Source: Minisyncoccota bacterium (GTDB taxonomy: Bacteria > Patescibacteriota > Minisyncoccia > Phycocordibacterales > UBA918). From it: a stretch of 64,000 bases of DNA. Below the pieces are notes generated by a model that had not been told where the DNA came from, did not search any database, and saw nothing but the letters and a program-made list of their open reading frames with translations. Position numbers and translations under genes: made by a program. Where the stretch lies: contig JAWKSQ010000001.1 of assembly GCA_041389045.1 (NCBI GenBank), positions 203,063 through 267,062 of the forward strand, in the 5' to 3' direction. Below, piece by piece: positions 29,261-39,203 of this stretch; positions within the stretch are counted from its first letter, which is position 1, and every line of letters starts with the position of its first letter.

Positions 29261-29981
29261 TCCTTTCGCAGTCAAAAGACTATCATCCAATAACGAGTAC
29301 TACAGTAATGTTTTTAAAAAGACAGAGAGAACTGTCTCTGTTGTATTTTATATTCTGTCCTATATTGAGAAGAACGATCGGACAGATTTCCATATAAAAG
29401 TCATTAGTGAAAAAGCCATGGCTGTTCACGAAGCTTCATTAGCTACTCTGTCTTTGTATGAATATGAAGCCAAAGAAAAGATTTTCCCTTTCCAGCAAGC
29501 CTTAGTAGCTCTCGAGGGTGTCTTCCGTATTGCTAATGCCGCGCGGGTACTGAATGATGAGGTATTGGCACTACTATTGGCGGAGGTAGATCTTGTTCAG
29601 CGTTACCTGAGAAATCATTTCGCCAGTCAATTGCCACATATGGTCAGAGAGTTTGATACACTCACTGTCGCTCCGACAGATCATCGAAAGGGTCCTTATA
29701 AAAGCTCAGGCCAAAGTGCTTCGCGTAGTAATAGGGTAGCAATTCCGAAAGGGGACATTAGCTCTGACGCTCACATGGTCTATAGTCAGTTAGTAGACAG
29801 AGCTTCTCGTATAAAGACAGTCCTTGAGGCTAAGCCAGAAGCGACAATAAAGGACATATCTGAAGTAATCACTGATGTCAGTGAAAAGACAATTCAAAGA
29901 GAACTAAATAGTCTCATAGAAAAAGGACAGGTTGTAAGAGAGGGAGAAAGACGTTGGTCTAAGTACTCAGTTAAGAAGTAG
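29247..29981 (+). CDS. hypothetical protein with C-terminal winged-helix (DeoR-type) HTH
   Basis: 244 aa. The C-terminus ..IKDISEVITDVSEKTIQRELNSLIEKGQVVREGERRWSKY is a typical wHTH signature. Confidence 0.6.
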   Translation: MDKDNPFAVKRLSSNNEYYSNVFKKTERTVSVVFYILSYIEKNDRTDFHIKVISEKAMAVHEASLATLSLYEYEAKEKIFPFQQALVALEGVFRIANAARVLNDEVLALLLAEVDLVQRYLRNHFASQLPHMVREFDTLTVAPTDHRKGPYKSSGQSASRSNRVAIPKGDISSDAHMVYSQLVDRASRIKTVLEAKPEATIKDISEVITDVSEKTIQRELNSLIEKGQVVREGERRWSKYSVKK

Positions 29982-30049
29982 TCAAGTTGAAGTCTTTTAC
30001 ATGTAAAAGACAAAAAGGACAGATTTGCGCAATAGCTAACTTTTAGAGT

Positions 30050-30480
30050 TTAGACAAAGCAAATACATGGCTCTAGAGAGTCAAACTGTAGGTATTTGCA
30101 ATATTCTGTTTTTGTTACATAGTTTTTATACCCGTAAGAAAGCCGGTCACCTAGCGTCATAACAGGCAGAACAAGGTGTTGTTTTTTATTGACGTTTTCC
30201 TTGCTTTCACGTACTGTGTCGGCAGTTAAACCAGTAGCCAAAATAAGACTTTTGTAGGGAAAGCATCGTCTTTAAGCTTAGCTTCTAAGATTTTGCAATC
30301 CACACCATTAGTCTTGGTTACTAGTTGGAGTTCATCAGTATTCTGCTATAATTCCTTGTATGCGCTTACGCGCTTTTTTCTAAAGCATGATTGTGGTCTC
30401 GTGTAGATACGACAAACCAAACTTGCTTATCTGAAAAACGTGTAAGAGTTATGAATGTTCTTTGATAGCCTGAGGTGTAT
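30050..30480 (-). pseudogene. eroded gene remnant of unknown identity
   Basis: One minus-strand frame reads through about 140 codons but is broken by in-frame TAA/TAG stops (..RIYTRPQSCFRKKRVSAYKEL*QNTDELQLVTKTNGVDCKILEAKLKDD..LFWLLV*..). I recognise no family. Confidence 0.3.
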
Positions 30481-30807
30481 TTAGTTTCACTAAATATCTA
30501 ACTCTACATATTTATTTCAAACACCCGCCCTAAAGCGCGGTTACATATTTTGCTTTTATACGTATATATATGTAGAAGCTTTAATTCCTGACTAACTTTT
30601 TCCCACCACTCAGTTTTACGATTGCCTTCAGTCTGAACCCGCAGCTAACCTTTATATCTTCGGATATAGAGTTAGTGATATTACGAAAGGTGGCGTGATA
30701 AACCTCTTTACGAATATGAATTAATTCATATTATCAACCGTTATCAAATTAATTGCTCATTAACCGAGCACGCGTGCTAATCACACGCAAACAAAATTAC
30801 TTAATAT

Positions 30808-32784
30808 ATGACTATTACGAAAGATTTTGCTTCAAAGGCAGCAGTTGCTTTTGTAGCAGTGGCTATGGTCTTCTCAATGTTTGCTCCTTCAGCGAAGGCA
30901 CAATCAACAGAAGATCTGCAGGCTATGATCAATAATCTACTTGCTCAAATTGCTTCATTGCAATCACAAGTAGGACAAGGAGGTACTTCAGTCGCTTCAG
31001 GCGTTTGCCCATACACATGGACACGTGACCTAAACGTTGGAGCAACCGGAGCAGATGTTATGAAACTACAACAGTTCCTAAACGCTAATGCTGATACACG
31101 TGTAGCAGCTTCAGGCGCAGGTTCAGTTGGCGCTGAGACTGAGTTCTACGGACCAGCTACAGCTGCTGCTGTTTCAAAGATGCAAGTTATGTACCGAGCT
31201 GAGATTCTTTCTCCAGCAGGTCTAGTTAATCCAACTGGCTACTTTGGTCCATCAACACGAGCTAAGGCTAATGCACTTTGCGTAGCTGCTCCAGTTGTAA
31301 ATCCAGGTGAAACAGACGGAGAGACAGATGGTGGTACACAGGTGGTTCAGTAACTCTTTCAGGTGAAGCAGACTTCGAGGATGCTACTCTTGATTCAGCT
31401 GAAGATGATGAAATCGAAGAGAGGTGCTGAAGAGGCTCCAGTTGCTGAATTCACAGTTGAATTCCAAAACGGTGATGCTGAAATCTCACGTCTAGACGTT
31501 GAATTCACTGCTTCTGGTAGTGAAGAGGATGTTTGGAAGACTCTAGAGGAAGTTACTCTTTGGGTAGACGGAAAGATGGTTGCTTCAAAGTCAGCTGACT
31601 CTAAGTCAGACTACCTTGGTGACGAGGATGATGGTGTACTACGTTTCTCAGGTCTCAGTATTGTAGCTGAGGAAGATGAGGAACTAGAAATCATCGTTGC
31701 CGTTACTCTAGCTTCATCTATCGATGACCTAGCTGCTACATGGAATGTTGATGTAGTTGGTATGCGCTTCATGGATGCTGATGGTGTTTCAACTACTCTT
31801 AACAATGGTGAAGTTGGTGTAGACTCTGTCTCATTTGACATTGAAGAGGCTGGTTTCGAAGATGAAGTTATCGTCCGTTCATCTACTAACGACCCAGACG
31901 CTTCTACTCTAAAGGTAGAGGATAGTAAGAAGTCAGACTGGTACACAGTATTCGCGTTTGACCTTGACACTGATGATTCAGCTAATGACATCGACATCAA
32001 TGAAATCGCTGTTGCTCTAACCCTTTCACACGCTTACAATGTTGTTGTGGATGATGCTGAGCTATACATCGATGGCGTAAAGGTTGATGACTTCGATGTG
32101 ACAGGTTCTACAACTACAAGTCCAACTCTAACTTTCGATGTTGACGGCGACGTTACTATCGATGCTGGAGACCGAGTTGGTGCTGAACTTAAGCTTCGTT
32201 TCAAGTCACTTGTTAACGAAGGTACAACAGTACTTGCTAGTGTCGATGGTACAACTGTCGATGCTGAAGGTGCTGATGATGTAACTGGTGAAGGTGCTGC
32301 TACTGGAGAGACTCATACTCTACGTTCAACTGGAGTTGAAGTATCTCTAGACAGTACAACTGCTAACGTTACAACTTCTGATGGAGCTCTTAACGACTAT
32401 GTAACTTACACTATTGTTATGGACGTAACTGCGTTCGAACAAGATGTATACATTCCAGTTAGTGCTGCTTCAACAACTTGGAAGTTGGTTGACGGAAATG
32501 GTGCTGATATGACAGTTCCAGCTGCTTCAACAACTGCTGTGATCACTTCATCAGGTGATGAAGCTGGTGCAGGTAATGCTTTCTACGAGATCAAGGAGGG
32601 TTCAACTGAAGAAGTTACTCTAACTGTGACTTACACACCTTCAATTGCTAACACTACTGCTCGTCTACAGCTAGTATCACTCACATTTGATGAGACTGGT
32701 ACAACTGCCGCTGGTAACGATCAAACATGGAACGCTCTTCCAGCTTCAACTTACCGAACTGCTGTTAAGACTATCGTTAACTAA
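30808..32784 (+). CDS. cell-surface (S-layer-like) protein: signal/TM, peptidoglycan-binding domain and long acidic Thr/Val/Asp-rich region; reading frame disrupted at 31335-31425
   Basis: ORFs 30808-31353 and 31363-32784 share one frame, separated by TAA at 31351. Over 31341-31425 another frame gives composition-consistent sequence (TGGSVTLSGEADFEDATLDSAEDDEIEE). The PG_binding_1-like motif is ..GATGADVMKLQQFLN..FYGPATAAAV... Confidence 0.7.
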
Positions 32785-32834
32785 CCTTAACTTTAGCTTT
32801 CTAGCTCAGACGTAAGTCAAAGCAAAAGAGTAAG

Positions 32835-32865
32835 AAAAACCCCACGCGTAAGCGTGGGGTTTTTC
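32835..32865 (+). terminator. rho-independent terminator
   Basis: aaaaaccccacgc gtaa gcgtggggttttt. Confidence 0.85.
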
Positions 32866-32943
32866 GTTGTCTCTAAAATTGTACATCTACTGAAAAAGTA
32901 AGTTGAGAAGGTAAGTAAAATGCCTGACCACAAGAACCCCGAT

Positions 32944-33001
32944 CACAGGAAAGACCTGTGGTAATCCTAGACCTGTGGGAATACCACAGGTCTTTCCGGT
33001 G
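32944..33001. promoter_or_regulatory. inverted pair (plus a half-site) of the motif CACAGGAAAGACCTGTG upstream of 33089-33625
   Basis: cacaggaaagacctgtgg (32944-32961), agacctgtggg (32969-32979) and ccacaggtctttccggtg (32984-33001, inverted). Confidence 0.6.
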
Positions 33002-33088
33002 TAAGATATTTAAAGTTTCCAATTGCTATGGTAGTTCATCTTAGTATTTTTTTATGCTTTATTTAATTGTTGTAGTAGAATAGTGCAT

Positions 33089-33625
33089 ATGAAAAAAGGA
33101 ATATTTTATGTTTTTGTTTGTGTGATGGTTTTGTTTGGTGCGACAAATAATGCCCAGGCGTATCTTACTAAAGGTCAAACTGCAAATTTATTACCAGATA
33201 AGCAGGGTGTTTTATATACGGTGACTTATGATTTTGGTAGTGCCAGTTATGATTTGTATCTACCGGTAGTACCAGAAAGAAAGAGTGACAATAACGATCA
33301 GGCCCGTACATTAACTTACTCATTGAACGACGATCGAGACGGCGAGACAAACTATGGTGTTACTACTGGTGTAGTGTTGGCTAATGCTGAAATCCAAAAC
33401 GGTCAATATTTTATTCCGAAAGGGGAGGCTAGGCGTTTGACTTTAGTTGTGTTGATGGCTATGGATGAGGTGCTTCCAGTTAGGTCACTAGATTTGGCTA
33501 TGCAAGTTACCAATCTACCTTTCATGATGATTAATGGGGCAGTGCAGGTAAAAGCTCAATTAAATCCTTCCGAACTTAAATATTACGTCACTCCCGAAAT
33601 AGATATTCCTAGTGCTGGATTTTAG
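33089..33625 (+). CDS. hypothetical secreted protein
   Basis: Signal peptide MKKGIFYVFVCVMVLFGATNNAQA. The ATG at 33089 is preferred over the GTG at 33083. Confidence 0.6.
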   Translation: MKKGIFYVFVCVMVLFGATNNAQAYLTKGQTANLLPDKQGVLYTVTYDFGSASYDLYLPVVPERKSDNNDQARTLTYSLNDDRDGETNYGVTTGVVLANAEIQNGQYFIPKGEARRLTLVVLMAMDEVLPVRSLDLAMQVTNLPFMMINGAVQVKAQLNPSELKYYVTPEIDIPSAGF

Positions 33626-33635
33626 ATAAGTCCCA

Positions 33636-33652
33636 CACAGGAAAGACCTGTG
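33636..33652. promoter_or_regulatory. third full copy of CACAGGAAAGACCTGTG, upstream of the lipase-like gene
   Basis: The 17-mer is identical to 32944-32960. It lies about 125 nt upstream of the ATG at 33777; the first copy lies about 129 nt upstream of the ATG at 33089. Confidence 0.6.
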
Positions 33653-33776
33653 CAGAAGGTTGGAGGATATTAAGTATGTTATGATTAATTATATGTTTCG
33701 GTTGTATCTAAGCCTAGCTAGGCGTGTGATTCAAAATAGCCCCGACGGAGTGGCATTATACCCATCTTTGTTAAAA

Positions 33777-36296
33777 ATGAGCAGTCTAGCACTGCTCATT
33801 TTTATTTTACCTGTCTTAGCTTTTGCTCAAACTAGTTGCGGGGACTTCATTGATACCTTTGATGGTATAGATGAAAGAACGCCAATTGAAGATTGTGATG
33901 ACCCGTTTGGACTTAATACGGTCTCAGAGGTACGTGACCTTGCCTATACTTTAAACGGTGAAGTGTTAGCTCATGGAGAAGTCCGAGAAGTTGATTCGTT
34001 ACCAATTTCGATCTATCTAGACTCGTCTGAGAGTATTAGTGGCTATAATTACAATTCTTTTTCCTTGTACAAACATGAAGGAAATGATTATCGACTTGTA
34101 GATGTTGCATATACTACAAGTCCAACCACGGTGATCTTGGACGTAAATGCTACCGGCACTTACAGTATTGCTACCACTTTTAATATGTTGGTCGGTTATG
34201 TTAATAACAACAAAAGTCTGTGGCAGAAAATTTTATCCAGAGTCGTTCCTACGGCTCATGCCCAAGGACTACCTGGTAAAGTAAAAGGACTGGTTACTTT
34301 TACCATTGTTGAACCATCATCGTTAACCGGTGCGTCGAATATTTTGTTTTTGCCAGGTATTCAGGCTAGTCGTTTATACAAAGATGGAGTACTCGGCACA
34401 GAAGATCAAATTTGGGAGCCAAATATAAATGGTGATGTTAAGCAGTTAGCAATGACAGAGGATGGTTTGAGTATTAATGATATTTACACGAAAGATGTGA
34501 TAGATGAGGTGTTTGGAGTGAGTAATATTTATAAATCTCTCCTGGCACAATTTGAGGATATGAAGGAGGAAGGGCTTATAGATGATTATTTACCGTTTGC
34601 TTATGACTGGAGATACAATGTGCAGGATATAGCTTATGGTGGAGCCAAACATGCCAATGACTTTGTTGTGCTCGTAGATGAACTCAAGTCACTAGCTGAT
34701 AGTTCATATACTGGAAAAGTCACCATAATAGGACATTCCAATGGCGGATTATTAGCCAAGGCACTTGTGACAGAACTAACAAGATTGAGTCTCGATCACT
34801 TAGTTGATAAAGTAATTTTTGTGGCTACTCCACACCTAGGTACCCCAAAAGCGATTGCGACTATTTTGCATGGTTATGATCAACAAAGGTTGGGTGGAGC
34901 AATTATTGATGATAAGACAGTTCGTACGGTGATCAAAAATATGCCGGGAGTGTATTCGCTTTTACCTAGTGCCAAGTATTTAGAAATATTCGGTGGCCCG
35001 TTAATCACTTTTGGAGAAGGGGAAGTAACTGAGGATTATCTAAATACTTACGGTGATTCAATCGACACTTTTGTTGAGTATGTAGATTTTCTCAATGGGG
35101 AAGAGGGGCGTACATCGGAGCCTGATAACGTAAGTGAGCCGTCGATAGCTAACACTGGCATGCTTGATTGGGCTTTGTCTGACCATAAAAACAAGCTAGA
35201 TAATTGGTCTGCACCATCTGGTATTGAAGTTCATAATATTGTGGGAGTGGGTTTAAAAACAGTAAAATCACTAGAGTATCGAGAATTACAAGAGCATATT
35301 ACATGTAGTAGTAATATCTTTGGTCAAATAACTTGTGACGAACCAGTCTACTTTATTAGACCGTATGCTCACTTTACAACATATGGTGATGAGACCGTAA
35401 CGAGTTTGTCGGCGGAAAGTGTTGTCGGACAGACTTATTATTTTGACCTCAATAAATATAATAGAGACCTTTTAAATATATTTATTGACTATACTCATGT
35501 AGATATCATGGAAATAGTAGAGGTGAGAGACATAATCACTAATATTATAAACTCCACTACTACAGCAATTGATTATGTCACATCTGAGTTACCTGAGTAT
35601 GATATAGAATACAGGGTTTTATCTGTGGACTCGCCGGTGAGGATGGTGGTGGAGGATAATGAGGGAAATATCACCGGAGTTATCGTAAAAAGTGATGGTA
35701 CCAGAGAGGTTCTAAAAGAGATTTCTAGCAGTGAGTACCTAGAATTTGCTGGAACAAAATATCTCATTGTTCCAAAAGTAATTGATACCGTCACTACTCT
35801 TTATGGTGAAGCTTACGGCGGTTTTACTTTAACTAGAGCTACTTTGGATAGTGATGATGTACAGGTGGTGGATACTGTCATGATAAATGCCACTACTACT
35901 CCAAATATGATAGCCAGGTTTGCTACGGAAAATGAAAAAGATGGCAACTTGGAGGTTGATATTGATGGAGATGGTGAAATTGATTACCAGACTGACCTTA
36001 GGGGAAGTGTTATTCCTACAGAGATTGATGAAATTACGTTTTCCATTTTAAGAGAGCAAATAGAGAATTTAAATCTTAAACATAGCAGGGAAAGGTTGTT
36101 ACTCACGATACTTTCCGTAGCTGAAAGGGCCTATGAGCGTTCTGATAGACATCGCGTTTACATTAGGATAGCTAATCGTTCACTTGAAAACCTGGGTCAA
36201 TTAATTAAAAGATATGAAAGATTAAAGTGGCTGTCTAAGGAAGAGAGTAGTGCTTTAAAAGAATCTATTAAGCAGCTACGTGCTAATATTAAATAG
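33777..36296 (+). CDS. secreted alpha/beta-hydrolase (lipase / LCAT / PGAP1-like) with a large C-terminal extension
   Basis: Signal peptide MSSLALLIFILPVLAFAQ and nucleophile elbow ..VTIIGHSNGGLLAK.. (GxSxG). The start at 33777 was chosen for the signal peptide. Confidence 0.65.
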   Translation: MSSLALLIFILPVLAFAQTSCGDFIDTFDGIDERTPIEDCDDPFGLNTVSEVRDLAYTLNGEVLAHGEVREVDSLPISIYLDSSESISGYNYNSFSLYKHEGNDYRLVDVAYTTSPTTVILDVNATGTYSIATTFNMLVGYVNNNKSLWQKILSRVVPTAHAQGLPGKVKGLVTFTIVEPSSLTGASNILFLPGIQASRLYKDGVLGTEDQIWEPNINGDVKQLAMTEDGLSINDIYTKDVIDEVFGVSNIYKSLLAQFEDMKEEGLIDDYLPFAYDWRYNVQDIAYGGAKHANDFVVLVDELKSLADSSYTGKVTIIGHSNGGLLAKALVTELTRLSLDHLVDKVIFVATPHLGTPKAIATILHGYDQQRLGGAIIDDKTVRTVIKNMPGVYSLLPSAKYLEIFGGPLITFGEGEVTEDYLNTYGDSIDTFVEYVDFLNGEEGRTSEPDNVSEPSIANTGMLDWALSDHKNKLDNWSAPSGIEVHNIVGVGLKTVKSLEYRELQEHITCSSNIFGQITCDEPVYFIRPYAHFTTYGDETVTSLSAESVVGQTYYFDLNKYNRDLLNIFIDYTHVDIMEIVEVRDIITNIINSTTTAIDYVTSELPEYDIEYRVLSVDSPVRMVVEDNEGNITGVIVKSDGTREVLKEISSSEYLEFAGTKYLIVPKVIDTVTTLYGEAYGGFTLTRATLDSDDVQVVDTVMINATTTPNMIARFATENEKDGNLEVDIDGDGEIDYQTDLRGSVIPTEIDEITFSILREQIENLNLKHSRERLLLTILSVAERAYERSDRHRVYIRIANRSLENLGQLIKRYERLKWLSKEESSALKESIKQLRANIK

Positions 36297-36298
36297 TT

Positions 36299-36694
36299 AT
36301 GAAAAATTTTCTCCTGTCTCATAAATTAAGTGTTAGCAGCATTTTCTTTTCTTTATTCTGCTTAGGTGGTTATTATTATTTAATGACTTACTTTAACGAT
36401 GTAATGAGTTTAGAAATAATTATAGGTTTTTTGAAGCCATTGGTAGCAGTCATTTTTTGTCTTTTGTTTGTTTTTGTCTTCTTCCTCTTTTTTCCAGAAG
36501 CAATATTCAAAATGTGGTTTAAACGTATTGCTTGGTGGTATTTCTCGATTCTATTTATATTAACCATTAGTACTCCAATATATTCTTCCAACATACTTGC
36601 GCTCGGTCGTAGTCAGTTAGTTTTAGGTGGAATGATTCTTTTAGCTCTCATCACCATACCTTTTGTGTTTATTATGAAAAAGAGGATGGTATAA
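36299..36694 (+). CDS. hypothetical membrane protein
   Basis: 131 aa with four TM-like segments, starting 3 nt after the preceding stop. Confidence 0.55.
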   Translation: MKNFLLSHKLSVSSIFFSLFCLGGYYYLMTYFNDVMSLEIIIGFLKPLVAVIFCLLFVFVFFLFFPEAIFKMWFKRIAWWYFSILFILTISTPIYSSNILALGRSQLVLGGMILLALITIPFVFIMKKRMV

Positions 36695-36811
36695 TATTTG
36701 GGTAAATGTTCAACAAGACTTTTTATAAGTTCATCATGAACTTTGTGGCAGTAGTAGCTGCGACACTGTTCTTTATTTTGGTAGTTGGACTGGGGATGGG
36801 TTCGTAGCTTT

Positions 36812-37270
36812 ATGATTAAAATCACTGATCAGTATTTTTGGAATTTTGTTTTTTTGGTATTTTTTGTCTGCTTAATAATAATGGCCACTATTATTATTGA
36901 TACGGAGAGCAGGCTCGTAATTACCGACTTAGGGAAGTTAGATATTGCTGTTATTGTCTTGGCTTCGTGGCGTTTGACTCGCTTCTTTTCGTCAGACAGT
37001 ACGACTAAGTTTTTTCGAGAACAGTTTTACGACCTAAAGAAAACTGCTCGCACTATCACCCTAGAAAAACCTGCTACCGGCCCTAGGCGAACAGTGCTCG
37101 ACATCATACTTAGTCCTTGGAGTTTTGGACTGGGTATGACAGCTTTGGTTACTTTCCTTTATCTAATTAGTACGTATTTATTTTATCCAATATTGCTCCT
37201 CGCTTTGGCTGGAGTAGTGTCATTGTTACAGCTAAGCAGTGAGTTTTTAGAAAAGAAAACTACTGAATAA
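36812..37270 (+). CDS. hypothetical membrane protein (possibly DUF1360-like)
   Basis: TM segments and ..ASWRLTRFFSSDSTTKFFRE... The family is recalled from memory only. Confidence 0.5.
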   Translation: MIKITDQYFWNFVFLVFFVCLIIMATIIIDTESRLVITDLGKLDIAVIVLASWRLTRFFSSDSTTKFFREQFYDLKKTARTITLEKPATGPRRTVLDIILSPWSFGLGMTALVTFLYLISTYLFYPILLLALAGVVSLLQLSSEFLEKKTTE

Positions 37271-37274
37271 ATTG

Positions 37275-37345
37275 TCGGGCTGCCGAGAATCGAACTCGGA
37301 CCACACACACCCCATGCGTGCACACTACCACTATGCTACAGCCCG
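37275..37345 (-). tRNA. tRNA-Pro (anticodon GGG)
   Basis: The minus strand folds as CGGGCTG TA GCAT AGTGGTA GTGT G CACGC AT-GGG-GT GTGTG TGGT CCGAG TTCGATT CTCGG CAGCCCG A. This is a cloverleaf with G37 and a T-loop; no CCA is encoded. Confidence 0.85.
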
Positions 37346-37559
37346 AAAATAAATCCGGCGGATTTATTTTCAATGTCATACCACGTACTCTCTCGAGAAA
37401 AATCTGCCCACGAGGCATTTTTGAGCCCTTTAAACGTGATGTCAGCAAGTATACTAAAAATTAATAATGAAGGGTAATGGAAAATTAGGTATAAGGTATC
37501 AGGAAACAAAGAGAAAGGGTGCCGGCAAAGCCGGCACCCTTTACTAACAACTAATTTCC

Positions 37560-37737
37560 TGATATATTCACCCCTGTCAGGCTCATGACAGCCGGTCGCA
37601 CGTTAGTGCGGTAATTGACGAGAGTCAGCCGACCGAGGTCCAATCTATTTTTATATTGGGGTCGAAGCCTAGGTGCACAGAATCATTTTGTGTATCCATG
37701 GCCTGCATATTATTAAGCTCTTCAAATTATAGAAAAC
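37560..37737 (+). promoter_or_regulatory. structured 5' leader of rplJ (possible L10 autoregulatory leader)
   Basis: About 180 nt of non-coding GC-richer sequence with several helices lies directly upstream of rplJ. Assignment is by position and analogy only. Confidence 0.3.
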
Positions 37738-38223
37738 ATGGCCATTAATAAAGCCAAGAAGCAAGACATTCTCGCTAAGTTAGAAACGGTGCGAGATGAG
37801 TCAGAATCAATTGTCTTTGTACATTACAAAGGACTTAGTGTTGCTAACACTACAGCAATGCGTAAGCAATTACGTGAAAAGGGAGTTGGTTATTTCGTAG
37901 CCAAGAAGACACTGATGAAGCGAGCGTTTGGTGAAAAATTCACCGGCACTATGCCAGAACTGGATGGTGAGATCGCAGTTGCATACAGCGCTGACGCCAT
38001 CATGCCAGCTCAGAGTATTAAAGACTTTGCAGCTAATTTCAAAGACAATCTTTCGATTGTTGGTGGAGTTTTCCAAGGTGTATTCAAGAATCAAGCAGAG
38101 ATGACAGAAATTGCTTCTATCCCTCCACTTGATACATTGCGCGGAATGTTTGCTCAACTTGTTAACTCACCACGTCAACGTTTTGCTGTGGTATTAAGCA
38201 AGGTTGCTGAAACGAAATCATAA
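37738..38223 (+). CDS. rplJ: 50S ribosomal protein L10
   Basis: 161 aa with ..VFVHYKGLSVANTTAMRKQLRE.., followed by rplL. Confidence 0.9.
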   Translation: MAINKAKKQDILAKLETVRDESESIVFVHYKGLSVANTTAMRKQLREKGVGYFVAKKTLMKRAFGEKFTGTMPELDGEIAVAYSADAIMPAQSIKDFAANFKDNLSIVGGVFQGVFKNQAEMTEIASIPPLDTLRGMFAQLVNSPRQRFAVVLSKVAETKS

Positions 38224-38252
38224 TTTAGATTTATTAAAATTATTCAAACTAT

Positions 38253-38615
38253 ATGACACAAGAACAAATCATTGAAGCTGTAGAGAAGATGACTGTACTT
38301 GAGCTAAATGAGCTCGTAAAGACAATCGAGGAGAAGTGGGGAGTTTCTGCAGCGGCCGTAGCGGTAGCTGGTCCAGCCGCAGCTGGAGCTGGTGCTGATG
38401 AACAGTCAGAATTCACTGTAGAACTTACAGATGCAGGCGCCCAGAAGATTGCTGTTATTAAGGTAGTTAAGGAAGTTCTAGGTCTGGGTCTTAAGGAAGC
38501 TAAGGATCTAGTCGATGGAGCACCATCAGTGGTCAAGGAAGGTATGAAGAAAGAAGATGCCGAGGCATTGAAAGCGAAGTTGGAGGAGGCAGGTGCCAAA
38601 GTTACTCTTAAGTAA
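38253..38615 (+). CDS. rplL: 50S ribosomal protein L7/L12
   Basis: ..[19 protein letters not shown].. with an Ala-rich hinge and ..[32 protein letters not shown]. Confidence 0.95.
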   Translation: MTQEQIIEAVEKMTVLELNELVKTIEEKWGVSAAAVAVAGPAAAGAGADEQSEFTVELTDAGAQKIAVIKVVKEVLGLGLKEAKDLVDGAPSVVKEGMKKEDAEALKAKLEEAGAKVTLK

Positions 38616-38635
38616 GTAACAACTAAAGCTATTAC

Positions 38636-38664
38636 AAAAAGCGAAGCTAAACTTCGCTTTTTGT
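38636..38664 (+). terminator. rho-independent terminator after rplL
   Basis: aaaaagcgaag ctaaa cttcgcttttt. Confidence 0.85.
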
Positions 38665-38840
38665 GTGCCTCGGAGTCGGAAACACGCCAAACTAAATAGT
38701 CTGGGAGACTATTTAGTTCGCAAGCGCTGAGGCGGGCTTGAGAACACTTAATAAATTCTTGAGAGAAGTGAAAGTCACATTGAAATAAGTCTCTTAGCCC
38801 AAAATAAAGAAAGCCCGCAGCCTTTGGTTGCGGGCTTTCT

Positions 38841-39116
38841 TTATTGGACGGTTTCTATAGCCTTACTACCATCATCACACATTTTATTCCTATTTGGTCC
38901 ACCAGGTATTCTAAATTCTTGAAAATCTTCATCGGGTACTAGATAGCCAGTCTCACAACTATAGGTATAGCAGGTGGTTGGGAGGGTAGAGCCGCATAAG
39001 GTTATTTCTTTTTGTAGTTTTGTTTGGTCGGGTACTTCTGCTTGATAATAGAGATAAGTTGCGGAAGTTAATAATAGAAGTCCGCCACTAAGTAGTATAA
39101 ATAGTTTTTTATTCAT
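38841..39116 (-). CDS. small secreted Cys-containing protein
   Basis: 91 aa with an N-terminal signal/TM segment and 5 Cys in the mature part. A terminator hairpin (38803-38845) overlaps the stop codon. Confidence 0.5.
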   Translation of the reverse strand: MNKKLFILLSGGLLLLTSATYLYYQAEVPDQTKLQKEITLCGSTLPTTCYTYSCETGYLVPDEDFQEFRIPGGPNRNKMCDDGSKAIETVQ

Positions 39117-39203
39117 ATGTATATAAGTATAAGTGCAGGCTTATAAAAAGAAAGTCCCCAAGCAAGCAAGTTGCTGGGGGACTTCGGTCTGACGCTTTGG
39201 GTT

